A stretch of DNA of 64,000 bases from Eledone cirrhosa. Lineage: Eukaryota. A program made the translations under genes and the position numbers. Below, piece by piece: positions 48,042 to 61,202 of the stretch. How positions within the stretch are numbered: position 1 is the stretch's first letter; each line of letters starts with the position of its first letter. Where the stretch lies: assembly GCA_964016885.1 (NCBI GenBank), contig OZ024745.1, positions 61,690,001-61,754,000 on the forward strand. The letters run 5' to 3'. The notes beneath the pieces are model-generated. The model did no database searches and was not told the origin of the DNA. It was given only the letters and a program-made list of their open reading frames with translations.

Positions 48042-48204
48042 TTCTTTGTAATTTTATTTTCAACCTAAAAACTTTTCGGACTTTCGCAGTTATCTGCCTT
48101 ACACCTCTCGCACGCAGTCTAGTATTGCCTGTGGGAAGTGACCGGGTTTCTGCGCATGCGCGTTCGTACGGTTGTCCTTCCTGTTCCTATAACCATGTCC
48201 ATTT

Positions 48205-48242
48205 CGAGCTGAAGATCCACTAAGGTGAAACAATTGTTCTCG
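48205..48242 (+). ncRNA. Minimal type I hammerhead
   Basis: cgag-CTGAAGA-tccactaaggt-GAAAC-aatt-GTT-ctcg. Confidence 0.8.
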
Positions 48243-48390
48243 GTATGGTGAACTAACTGTTGTGTAACCACTTCTACCTAACTCGTCCAATGGACTGAGT
48301 GCTCTACCACTACGGATATTACCTTCCACTGTTCCACCACTATATATATATATGTATGTATATATATATATGTTTGTATATATATATTTA

Positions 48391-48580
48391 AAACGAACGA
48401 GGTGTGGTAAGGAACCAGGTGGTCCATAACGCACCAGAGTACACAATACTTAGAGTAGAAGAGTGGGTAATAGGAAAAAGTTTAACCCCGACGGCAGAGC
48501 TCAAGCCATTTCGACGGGTATTTCAGTCCAGAAATAGCCGTCGAAACGGCTTGAGCTCCGCGGTCGGGGTTAAACTTTTT

Positions 48581-48584
<4 letters not shown>
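48391..48584 (-). mobile_element. Short palindromic PLE family C insertion
   Basis: Arms 48470-48523 and 48531-48584. Confidence 0.85.
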
Positions 48585-48639
<55 letters not shown>

Positions 48640-48779
48640 GTGTGTATAATTGTAGCATCTAAGGACTGCATCAGCACACACATAGTAGACATCGAAGCAC
48701 ATGTGTGTGTGTGCATATTTATACTTCAAAATAGAGATTCACATACACAATAACATTATAAACTGCAGAAAACTTCTTT

Positions 48780-50200
48780 GTCGTCGGTCGAAGTCGACGG
48801 TGAAACTTCTCTTTATGCTAGCAGGTGAAGGGCACGGCTGAATAGTTATGTGTGAACATCATCTAGAAACAAGACTGAAAAAAGTTGCAGATGTGCTTCC
48901 TTTGCAAACTATATGGTTGCTGCTGTTGAGCTACGTATTAGTCTCCGCTGACTTAAACTATGCTAGCATGAAGTTTAGATAGCTCAGAAAGTTGCTGAGT
49001 GGCAAGAGAGCGGCTGCGTTCTTTGTTCTTTGCTGCATCTTTCTAGTATTGTCCTTGAATCTGTTTTTCTGATCAATTTGACCTCTTCTTATATTTGCAA
49101 TCTCAGCGTAGCGGATCGCTTTGGGCAATCTGTTCTCGCCTATTTTATGGAAGAGGAAAATATCGGCATTTTTGAAATCGTACGCCAGATTCTTCTGAAC
49201 CCATATATAGTATACTAGATGGACGAAACTTGCTTGTTGTTTGGATCTTCCTAGATTCAGCAGCTCACACGAAACATTACCATTGCATAGTGCGTCTTAA
49301 GCTGCTGTATCGATACCAGAGAGAGAAGATGCCACATGATAGTTAAATTGGCTTTGTTCAATACCAGGAGAGATCGTAAATCCCACACCAATCCTTTTTC
49401 GGTACATTTAACCAAAATGTTTTTGCCAGCCGTGCTGGATTCTTACAACATTCTGCATCAAGTAATCTTCCTTGTCTTTGATACACGATGCAGCGTTATA
49501 TCTCGTAATAAAACTGAACACATCGCCGAGAAAAAAAGCTTCTAGCGTGATCACCTTTGGAATATTCATGTATTTTTGACATTTTCTTCACCCGTCAACT
49601 CTCCTTCCTTCGTCTAATGATCTGTCGAAAAATCAGCCATCAGCTAAATTTATCTACTTCGTAAGTGATGAAAGGACTTGTTACTAAAACGCGGATGAAA
49701 GGCTGCTATCATTTCTCTCTATGCTGCTTGAACCAGTCTTGTTTCTCTTTGTATCACAACGTCTCACCCTGGTATATTTAGATTTCATTCGGAGATAGAA
49801 CCTTTGTAAAATAGCGGTCGTGCTCTTGTCCTGCGTGCATAGCTAGAAGACTTTAGCTTCTGACTGCCTCTCGACTTTCATCTCTAGATTTTAGTAACTG
49901 GAGTGCGGACCAGTGGCCATATTAAGGTAAACTGCTTCGACCGGCAGGCTGAACAATGTGAGGGGACTGGGGCTTCAAACAAAGCAAACACGTTTTTCGT
50001 CCCATGGCGTTCGTCAGTGGAGTGACATCGACGGATGTATTTCAACCCTCACTCTGTAGACCAAGTTCGGCACTCGGAAGCTACAGTTTGATGGTAGTTG
50101 CCTTACTGACCTGGAGAAACAGATAAGCCCCGGTCACTGGCATTGCCACCGACCAGCCTTTTGTAGTCAGAGCACTGGTCGCCCTCATGGAAGACAGATC
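48780..50200 (+). mobile_element. Probable highly decayed L1/Tx1 LINE 3' region
   Basis: GC-richer complex sequence with only faint ORF2-like peptide traces. Confidence 0.25.
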
Positions 50201-50381
50201 TAGATGATGTTGTTTAAAATTGCTCGTAGTGCAAAGAATCCATATAAAAATATCTACGCTACATCTTTTTAAGTATAGAGGATTAAGTTGGATAGTGACT
50301 GCAATTGGGGTGGAAATAGAAGTAATGTTGGTGGTGATGGCTTTGAAGATCATAGTAATGATGTTGACCTTGGTGATAGAA

Positions 50382-50581
50382 NNNNNNNNNNNNNNNNNNN
50401 NNNNNNNNNNNNNNNNNNNNNNNNNNNNNNNNNNNNNNNNNNNNNNNNNNNNNNNNNNNNNNNNNNNNNNNNNNNNNNNNNNNNNNNNNNNNNNNNNNNN
50501 NNNNNNNNNNNNNNNNNNNNNNNNNNNNNNNNNNNNNNNNNNNNNNNNNNNNNNNNNNNNNNNNNNNNNNNNNNNNNNNNN
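50382..50581. other. Assembly gap (200 N)
   Basis: Run of n. Confidence 1.
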
Positions 50582-52169
50582 TAACTTAAACTTACTTAAA
50601 CAATGCAAAGAAATAAAAATAGATAGGAAACTGATACCTTTGGAAAGCTCCAAGGCGTGATACAGAGATAGACAGAAACATTCAGAGAATAGACATGAGG
50701 GTATGAAATGAAGAGAGAGGTGAATGCGTGCGTGTTTGTGTAAGTTTTGTATAAGATGATGAAGTTGCAAAGGATTTTAGAGAATCTGTAGTGTCACATG
50801 CATAGGATAATGAAGGAAGTGAGGGAGAGTAATTATAAAAAAATTGCATCGTTATGTTAAACCAATTCTGCAGAGATTAAGAAAGTGATAAACTTGCTGC
50901 GTAATTTGATGACGTAAAGAATGGGTATGTACAGTGACTTGCTATTATTGAATTGAACAAACAGTGGAAATAGAGAGACGAAGAGTGATTGTAGCATGCA
51001 TGAAAATAATATGCCGGTTAATATTTGACAGAGAATGTTCCCAGGATACCAAAGGTAATAAGTGACGGTACATGATGGTGTTGGTTGATTGTGATGATTG
51101 TAGTGGTGGTGGTGGTGATGCAAACAAACAAGCTTTAGAACCACTAGGAATGGGAATTGATCAGAAGGATTACTAGCAATTGACACAGATCTAAAAGCAC
51201 GAAATTGCAAGCGGTTGATTAGTTAAACATTGGAAAAAATGAAAAAGAGAATATGCTCACAGATGAACTTACAAACGGGAACTAACTATATAGAAGAGCA
51301 TTAATGATTGTAAATTTGGTGAGATGACCGAATATTTTTGGAAATGTATGTGGTCGATTATATCAATATCACTATTTAATATTTCTATTTATTTTATCCA
51401 CTCTGGAATCAGGACAGACAAATATTGACCTCGGTAAAGGGTTGTAACTAAGTACTTCAAAGGAATGTGCCTGGCGCTCTCAATAATATTGCCGTCAGTA
51501 ACCCATTAGGGTACATAATTCAAATTGCCCAAATCATTAGTGCATCGGAGCCGACTCTTTGGCGTATTTCATATTTTCTATTGAGTTTTGTATCAAAACC
51601 AGACAGCGGCCTGCTCGGGTGATTGACCAAATACGCCACACAATTTAACATTCATCTGACTCTTAAATACTATTAGCATAGCCTTTTGTGCCAATTGTTC
51701 GAGGCGAATCTACACATTGAGAATTCTTTCTTCCATCTGTACCCTCCTGTTTGGTAAAAATAATTACCAGTAACGTGAGATTGTGTTCGAAAATCACGGA
51801 ATTTCTGCGTTTCTCACAATACAGATTTATTAACCTGTGTAACATGGCCAAGCTGTAGCATCTATTACAGCCATAGGTCAGCTGTCAACTGACTTAGACA
51901 CCTGCAAGTTGAGAAGAAGAGCGTTTGGTTGACGGTCTTGACAATGACAATTTCATTCGCACATTAATTTATCAGAATAGAATGACGACATTAATCGAGC
52001 CTGGCAACATGTAACGAGAGTGAGCGTGACATTAGGAGATGAAGTAGAAGGTATAGTAAGTACAATAGCAATATGGTATTGTAAAAAAGGTTTACAAATA
52101 GAATAAGTAGTCATTAATTTGATACTGTGGGCGAAATGTTGATGTCTGGTTGTGTCCAGTAGGGGTGGC

Positions 52170-52200
<31 letters not shown>

Positions 52201-52257
52201 CGTTATTCCGGGTTGAATCGGAGGTAACCACAGTAAGTAAGGTACTCAATACATAGC

Positions 52258-52308
52258 AGATTCCTGATGATTTCAAATGAATGAAACAGTTCTAGTCCTG
52301 TAGAATCT
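52258..52308 (+). ncRNA. Hammerhead motif (family E)
   Basis: agattc-CTGATGA-tttcaaatgaat-GAAAC-agttcta-GTC-ctgta-gaatct. Confidence 0.7.
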
Positions 52309-52325
52309 CATCTATATTAAAACTG

Positions 52326-52399
<74 letters not shown>

Positions 52400-52675
52400 G
52401 GAAAAAATGAAACCAAACTTCATTTCTCACTCTTAGTACGGCTGTTACTTAAATATAAGTATGTATACGTACATACATATATGTATACAGACGTACAGTA
52501 GTATGTATATATATATATATAAATATACATGCACACATATATATATATATATGTACGTATGGATTCACCGAACATTTATTATAATGCTCGGTGTGTTTGT
52601 AAACAAACATCCCGTATTAAGCCGTACAGTGTCTAGCAACCATCGTTGCTCATTTGTTCAACACTGACAAAGGAA

Positions 52676-52716
52676 CGCTGTACTAGTTTCAAGCTTATTA
52701 GCTATCATCAGCAACG
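52676..52716 (-). ncRNA. Minimal type I hammerhead
   Basis: cgttg-CTGATGA-tagctaataagctt-GAAAC-ta-GTA-cagcg. Confidence 0.88.
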
Positions 52717-53104
52717 TATACCTTCCTGCCAGATGGTTGAACGTCTGAAACTATATACTTTCCTTATGCATATTAACGGCTGAGCAGCCTAATTTGCATA
52801 TCGAGTGAGTTAATCGGCCGGGGTACCGAAAAAGATAAACGGAAAAAATGAAACGAAATTTCATTTCTCACTCTTAGTACGGCTGTTACTTAAATATAAG
52901 TATGTATACGTACATACATATATGTATACAGACGTACAGTAGTATGTATATATATATACATACATGCACACATATATATATGTACGTATGCATTCACCGA
53001 ACATTTATTATAATGCTCGGTGTGTTTGTAAACAAACATTCCGAATTAAACCGTACAGTGTCTAGCAACCATCGTTGCTCATTTGTTCAACACTGACAAA
53101 GGAA

Positions 53105-53145
53105 CGCTGTACTAGTTTCAAGCTTATTAGCTATCATCAGCAACG
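53105..53145 (-). ncRNA. Minimal type I hammerhead (identical second copy)
   Basis: Same sequence as 52676-52716. Confidence 0.88.
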
Positions 53146-53438
53146 TATACCTTCCTGCCAGATGGTTGAACGTCTGAAACAAATGTTGAACAAATGAGCA
53201 ACGATGGTTGCTAGACACTGTACGGCTTAATTCGGGATGTTTGTTTACAAACACACCGAGCATTATAATAAATGTTCGGTGAATCCATACGAACATATAT
53301 ATATGTGTGCATGTATGTATATATATATATACATACTACTGTACGTCTGTATACATATATGTATGTACGTATACATACTTATATTTAAGTAACAACCGTA
53401 CTAAGAGTGAGAAATAAAATTTCGTTTCATTTTTTCCG

Positions 53439-53487
<49 letters not shown>

Positions 53488-53610
53488 AAATAGAGTAAGG
53501 TTCTATACATACAGGGGTTAAAGAGAAAGAATGGAATTAGAAATAACAGGGAAAATATATTTAAGGATCTGTTTTTCTTTATTCTTCTGTTCATCTGTTC
53601 CGAAGACTGG

Positions 53611-53703
<93 letters not shown>

Positions 53704-53794
53704 CAAAGGAATTGTGGTAAGGGACCAGATGGACCATAACGCACCAGAGTACTCAATACTTAGGGTAGTAGAGTGGGAAATAGGAAAAGTTATG

Positions 53795-53891
53795 ACCCCG
53801 ACAGCAGAGCTCAAGCCGTTTCGACGGCTATTTCTGGACTAAATTAAAACTTTTAGCCTGGTGAATAAATAGCCGAACTTGTCAAGGGGGT
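53795..53891 (-). ncRNA. Type I hammerhead with U3-A8 core
   Basis: cccc-TTGACAA-gttcggctattt...aaatagccgtc-GAAAC-ggc..gct-GTC-gggg. Confidence 0.7.
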
Positions 53892-56091
53892 ACTTCCTTA
53901 TATGGGAAGATTGTAGTTGTAAAGAGGATTGGTTAAAATTTGTTGTAAACACAGATAAGTCTATCATGGCATTTGGTGGGAGGTAGGGGTTGCTGAACTT
54001 GCCTGTAGAACAATAGGGGAGTGAGTGGAGCGGTCAAGCGTTGAAAGTGATATGTATACAGCAGATTCTAAGGATAGTGTATGAACAGGAGGAGGGAGGT
54101 TATAGAATAGGTAATTCGAATGAGAGTAGGAGACAATAAAAGATACTAGAAATAAAAAAAAATATATATAAAAAAGATAGTCAGAAATGAATAAAAAAAA
54201 TCACAATGCTATCAAACAAATACAGGTTAATAAGTTGAGAATAGAAAAAACTTGTAGAAATTGAGTAGTAACAAAACTGATACAAAATTAAAGGGGTTTA
54301 ATACATCTGCTATAAGTAGTTAGTAAAACGTATTCGGCCAATTCTATCTTGAAATTACAGCGGTGGGGGAACTGATGCTACAGGGGCCCGATGGGCTGCA
54401 TCGGGGTAGGTGAAAGGTGAAAAGCAGACAAGGAAGAAAATAGGGGGAGGGGGAAATGATAGGATGAGACAGAGGAAGAAGAAGACAAAGGGGAAAAGAA
54501 AAGAGAAGAGAAGGATCTACCTATGTAAGCTGAGGTTTCCCCTAATTTATTCGGCAAGTGGGGGGTATCAGCCCTTGTCTACCCACCTGGATCGTTATGG
54601 GCTTTGAGGGCGAGGTAAATCCTACGCAATCTGTGTTTGCATGAGGTTACCAGTTCGTCTTTCTTGATAAAGTTAATATAAATGATAACATGATAAACTT
54701 AAATTTAAAGAAGAAGAAGAGGATTTGGAGCGAGATATGGGTATATGGAAGGGGTGAATATGAGGAAATGCAAGAAGAAAATAAATAAACACATACATAC
54801 ATAAATATTTAAATGAATAAATAGAAATATTAGGGAATAAATATATAAAAGGAAAAAGAAAGAGAGAGAGAGAGATGAGAGAAGAAGAAAGAAGAAATAA
54901 CGACAACAAAGAAGGAAAGAAATGAGGTGGATAGGTATAAAGACCGTTGTTTTCAAATATTAAGTCAAATTGAGGCAACGAATTAAATAACATGAAATTT
55001 TTAATATCTTTTGTATTTGGTTATGTTTATATATTATATCAAAATTAAACTATATAAAAATATTTTATATAGCTATCAGATACATAGTTTAATTAAGTAA
55101 TATATTCATTAAATATTTTGTTACAATATTTTAAAACATTTTTATCTTTAAAGCATATTTAAATAATTATTAAATATGTATCATACACATATATCACCAT
55201 CCGTATATATATTTTATATTATATTAAGATCATTTATTATCTGAATTATTCTTTTCTTTATAAAATCATTTCAATTCATTGATTGTCATTTCATTACAGG
55301 ATTAAATTGTAGTTATATTTATTCTCAAAAGTTTTATTATTTCTAATTTACTTCCATAATTACTTATTATTATATATAGTTTCCCTTTAAGGATTACCAT
55401 ATATTATTAAACTGTATAAATCATGTTAAATATACTTTAGAAAGCTATTCGGACAGAACAAAATTATTTACGAAGAATGTAAACAAAGGAAGGTAACTCG
55501 TTCATCATATGTGAACATTTAAAACATTTAAGTATTTTGAAAACCAAAAGATATTTCAAACCACAAATCAAGACATTTATAGTTAAACAATGACCTTTGT
55601 AAATCCAAACATAGGATACTGAGACACATCATGAGATTAATTTACTAGATAAAAACGACAAACAATTTTTACCGGTGAGGCAAAACGTTATATATATAAT
55701 TTTTTAAGAATTATTAATAGTCAATATTTTTTCGAAATTTGTATAATGCTTGAAAAGTTCTCCCAGATTTGTGTTGACAGCTGCTAAATAACTCATTTTT
55801 CTTATTAATTAAATTACCATAATTTGTAATTATCATTAGAGTCTCTAAATTGCAAAGATTGCAATTTGGTGAAATGGATGCATTCCGGTAGGAATCAGAA
55901 TTCTTTAACTTACTGCAAGAAAATGAGTATTTGACATGTTTTCCTTCAAAAACCATATTAATTGTGAGAGTGATGTAGAATTTTTTTTTATCTGGATTAG
56001 AAAAAGAATATTTATGATTGTAAAAGCGAATCTTAAACTTAGATGAAGTGGCACCAATGTAGTTATATGTATTATTATTATTAGTCTTAAT

Positions 56092-56281
56092 TGGCGGTGG
56101 ATTAGCAGTATCGGTAGAGGGTCAGACGCCATGCTTTGACGCATAGAGTTACGGTCCTTGCCATTCTGAGTTCAAATCCCGCCGAGGTTTACTTTGCCTT
56201 TCATCCTTACGGGGTCGATAAAATAAAGTACCAGTAATGTACTGTGTAATTGCTGGCCTTGTGCCAAAAATAGAAACAATT
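56092..56281 (+). mobile_element. SINE family A nested in PLE family C
   Basis: Full-length copy. Confidence 0.9.
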
Positions 56282-56544
56282 GTTACCATTATTTAGAGGT
56301 GTCCTACTATTATTCGTATTTAAACTATTATTATTTTTATTCCAATTAACTAATGTGTTATTATTATTATTGTTATTATTGCTGGCCTTGTACCTAAAGT
56401 AGAAACAATTATTATTGTTATTATCGCTACTTATATGGTGGTTCAAATTAAGATTTTTACTATTTATTTTTGCTATATTTTTAGCAATATTCATAGTTAT
56501 TGAATAAGAGAGTTTAACTGTGAGTCAGTATATATATATATATA

Positions 56545-56747
56545 TAACAAAGGAATTGTGGTAAGGAACCAGATGGACCATAACGCACCAGAGTACTCAA
56601 TACTTAGGGTAGTAGAGTGGGAAAAAGGAAAAAGTATGATCCCGACAGCAGAGCTCAAGCCGTTTCGACGGCTATTTCTAGACGCGAGTCCAGAAATAAC
56701 CGTCGAAACGGCTTGAGCTCTGCCGTCGGGGGTCATACTTTTTCCTT
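56545..56747 (-). mobile_element. Short palindromic PLE family C insertion
   Basis: Arms ~56625-56678 and ~56691-56747. Confidence 0.85.
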
Positions 56748-57145
56748 TATATATATATATATAAAGAACATTTTCGCTCTACATGGCTGAAAACAATAAA
56801 TGTAATCTGAGTATTTCGAATATTAATAATATCATTCGATTCGTTTGCAATTATTTTTTTTTAAAATTTGCTTTCCTCCTTTTAGAGTCGATGGAAAACT
56901 TCCAGTTGTCAGATGGCTGACTTCTTTCTATGTTGAGCCGAAATGCTAGAAACCTTATGGAAGCTAACTTTTCAAGAAAAATTCAATAGTGCTATTATAG
57001 TAAATCGAATATGCGTTCATTGAAAATAATTCTGCCACATGGTACTGTTCTAACAGGGAAACACCACTTCTAAAATTCATAACAAAGTTGTAAAAATGTA
57101 TATTTGCACGAATATTTCGTCTATTATTCAATATACAACCTCAGT

Positions 57146-57380
<235 letters not shown>

Positions 57381-57695
57381 ATATATATACGTATATATAA
57401 TATAATAAGTAACATGAATATAACTTCACAGTTAAAGGACATATATATATATATATATATACATATACGGATGTGTATACCTATATACTTATGTGTGTAT
57501 ATATACATAATGTATATTCACACACACACACACACACGAATATACACATGTATATATATGTGTGTGTTTGTGTGTGTGTATGTGTTATTGTTCAAACGAA
57601 CCATAATAACGAATATAAGTGTACTTTTAAATAACGTAGCGTTTTTATATATATTGTAGTCTGGCAAACCAGTTGATGTATAAAAAAATGACAAA

Positions 57696-57744
<49 letters not shown>

Positions 57745-57810
57745 TAAATACATATATACAGATTTCTCCCACACTTCTCTCGCGCATAGAGGTATGCACA
57801 CATACGCAAA

Positions 57811-57912
<102 letters not shown>

Positions 57913-58257
57913 CATACAGACAGACATATATACATACATATTTACATGTGTATTAACGCATGAATATAACACAATAGAATTTTAACGAACGAATAGAATA
58001 TGCTGGAGGAGAAAATTCTATAGAGTATAAAAATTGTGAAGATTTGTATGAAATATTTACATCATATTTCGAAATATGTAGGGTAAATAGATATAGTTCC
58101 CTACAAATCTCACCTAACTCTCATAGAAAATAGTAGGATACCACCCACAGACAGTTATTGAAAACAAATATACTCACATAACATATTAATAGGCCCGCAC
58201 ACAAACACACGCAGACTCATGTATATACATGCATATGCAATAACGTACAGACAGACA

Positions 58258-58383
<126 letters not shown>

Positions 58384-58470
58384 CTAATAATTATACATAC
58401 AAATATTCATACTTAAAGAAAACTGATATAACCGCCTTCATGCATGTGTAAGTGTATATATATATATATA

Positions 58471-58630
58471 TTAGTTTCAGAAGATCCCGTTAAGGGTGAA
58501 AGCAGCGATTCTGTGCTTAAACTTTAATCTGTTATTTTAATAAATATTTGCTCTACGGTTCTTATATATTTGATATATATTTATCCTTATCGAGCCCTCT
58601 TTCGATTTTACTCTTCTAATTTATTATTAT

Positions 58631-58638
<8 letters not shown>
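58471..58638 (+). mobile_element. PLE family D pLTR fragment: HHR (58473-58523) plus tail
   Basis: Joins the HHR seen at 33247 and 42652 to the tail seen at 21512 and 22030. Confidence 0.85.
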
Positions 58639-58692
<54 letters not shown>

Positions 58693-58826
58693 ACCTTATA
58701 TATATATATATATATATATTGTACCTTATATTTATATGTTCATACATCTAGATATAGTAATCTAATATATTTTTTCAACTTACTCTGTCGTTTGTTTCGT
58801 TATTTCTGTCTATTTCTTTACACACA

Positions 58827-58904
<78 letters not shown>

Positions 58905-60879
58905 TAGAATGTAGAATACTCATGGACTTTCGTACGAATTCTTCAAGGAGTTCCTTGGCACACAGGCACACGTGCTTATTCATCAGACTTCCTAATCTGC
59001 CAGAATGATGGCTCTCCATCGGCTATGTCAGCTCATTGATGGAATATGAAGTGTATAACATCGATATGGCGGAATATTGAAGGCTGGTAGTACAGTAACT
59101 TTTGATTATGTTTTCAGGAGAGGTGTTTAATTAGTTCATCCTGATATATATTTTTAACAAATTAAATGTACTTTGGTGAGGGCTGAAGAATGAAATAAAT
59201 GAAATAAAGCGGGCTGAATTAAGATGGTAAGATTCTCAGACAAGATAGAACATAAATTACGTGAGCCATTACAAATCTAGAGTTTGTGTTGAGTTACGCT
59301 ACTGAAGCAATGTCCCTGGTCGTCGAACGTCAATAAGAAACGCGACAGGAAATTTGAGTTCCCTTAACGTAGGATTGAAAAAAATGAAAATATTTATTAT
59401 GGTGTGAATGCTCAAAGGAAGAAATTCGTAACATATTTCTATTTTGCATTACACCTAATTCTTGTGTATATTTTAACATCTAATCTACATATCACATCGT
59501 TGTTTTTTCTACTTATGTTCGATCAGCAGATTCTACTTATGTTCGATCTATCTCTCTGAAATATTTTTTTGTCATTCAATTATTGATACATCCATGTGAT
59601 CTGAGAGATTCACCAATATCCATTAAAGGTATAACATTATTTACGGCTAATAAAAAGATTGGTGTGCTCATGCCCAGAGATGCAGTTTTATATCTCTGTG
59701 ATATCTATTTGTGCATATATCTGGCGAATGTGTCGGAATTTGGATATAAACTTACCATGTGCTCTGGTTTCAGTTGCTGCATGATGCATATACAGGAAAC
59801 GACGAGTTTTGAGCTGAATTATAAATCATTCCAAGATGGACTATCCGCATATAAATAGGACTTACATTTTCTCAATCTAATTCTATGTGAGCTTCATAGG
59901 ATTCTAGAGATTCCAACATTCCGTCAATGTTTTCTGTTTGAACTCTGATTTTATGCGAAAGATAGAGAAGAGAAAATATTCTCTTCACAAGCATCTAACA
60001 TTTCTTGATGAACAGGCTCAATTCCATGATTGAGGTATTCAATTATCTATGATGACCAAGTGTATTCTTCGCAAAGATTGTATAGCGATCCATCATAAGA
60101 AGAAGCTTCACAGTTTGCACTAGAGAGAGAGACAACGGTTTATAAAATGTTCTCGTGCGTTACTTTTAAAAATGCTTCTAATGCAAATATAAGAGGAGAT
60201 ATTTCACAATAATAGGTGAGTATCATGACTGCAGCAATTCTGGAATCATATGAAAGTTGTCATACAGCAAGATCCCAGCTACATGATCTACCGCTTCTTT
60301 CATGATATTATCGCTTTCGTTATTTTCTTGAATGAAGAATATCCTATTCGATCATTGTCACTTGGAAAGCTCTATATATATCAACGGAATAAATTGGCAT
60401 TAATATCCCTTCGAATCAATTTCGGAAAATCAATTTTCTTGCCATCAATCATAAACTTTCTCTCGACTAAGATATACTTTGAATATTTCTTTAACATAAA
60501 ATCTTCACCGCTTGCTGTACTTTGCTTGTATTATATCGAGCAAAATTTCTCAATCTTCCAGATTTCATATATGAAAATTTGTTTTTACTTCTACGACTAT
60601 ACACTTTCGAAATCTTTCAGATGTATTCCGTAGTATCGTTTTACAACTGGAGTTAAAAGTACTACTGGGCCTTTTGAGCAGTACTATATTGCTTTTATTA
60701 ATTTCCTTTCAGCGTTTTATCATCCATCATTCATCGTATTGCGCTGATATAATTTCTTCCATATTCACGTAATAAAGAATCTAAATCGTTGGCACATACA
60801 ATCTCATAAATAGCATTCATAGCGTACTCTAAAGTTGGGTTGGACGAGTCCTTTCAAGCACAGCATCTCTTCACTCTTC

Positions 60880-61160
60880 ACTTCCTTCGTCATCTCCTCT
60901 GTGAGTCTCAGCGATTTGTGATCAGCTCTCACCAGCTCTGTTCCGGTCTTTGTCTGTCTACCTCTACTACTACCATGCAGCATCGCACTTCGCTTACAGA
61001 CGTCATGCAGTCGTCCTTTTGTACGTAGAGAGAAACATTTTGTTGTCAACAGTGAGAGTAGCTCTCTAACCCTTTCACATCCTATCCTTATTGTAGCTAA
61101 TATGATCTCCGGATACCCTCCTCTACTGCTAATTAGCTCCCCTAGATAACATATCAACAA
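60880..61160 (-). mobile_element. RTE-type LINE RT fragment
   Basis: YLGELISSRGG..IRIG..RELLSLLTTKCFSLRTKGRLHDVC.RSAMLHGS. Confidence 0.75.
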
Positions 61161-61202
61161 CAATAAATTTGAAATAGAAAACACAGAGAAGCAAATGGTG
61201 GA

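Larger units (their letters stand above)
45541..48340 (+). mobile_element. Naiad-like PLE (family B) with ~770-bp inverted 5' copy of its 3' end
   Basis: 45541-46314 is the reverse complement of ~47505-48274; RT and GIY-YIG on plus from 46315; both ends in (TA)n. Confidence 0.95.
52396..53441 (-). mobile_element. Non-coding retrozyme-like element: 1.8 tandem monomers plus inverted arm
   Basis: Direct repeats 52396-52751 and 52837-53180, unique 85-bp spacer, inverted arm 53184-53441, two HHRs, (TA)n on both sides. Confidence 0.85.
53702..56520 (-). mobile_element. 5'-truncated Naiad-like PLE, family C, with ~2-kb 3' UTR
   Basis: 55714-55956 CNLCNLE..I..LINKKNELFSSCQHK; linker NIAKNIAKINSKNL near 56490; tail identical in type to the short palindromic elements; nested SINE. 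Confidence 0.75.

Noticed and set aside
50081-50770. ORFs spanning the N gap
   Set aside because: Artefacts of unknown bases.
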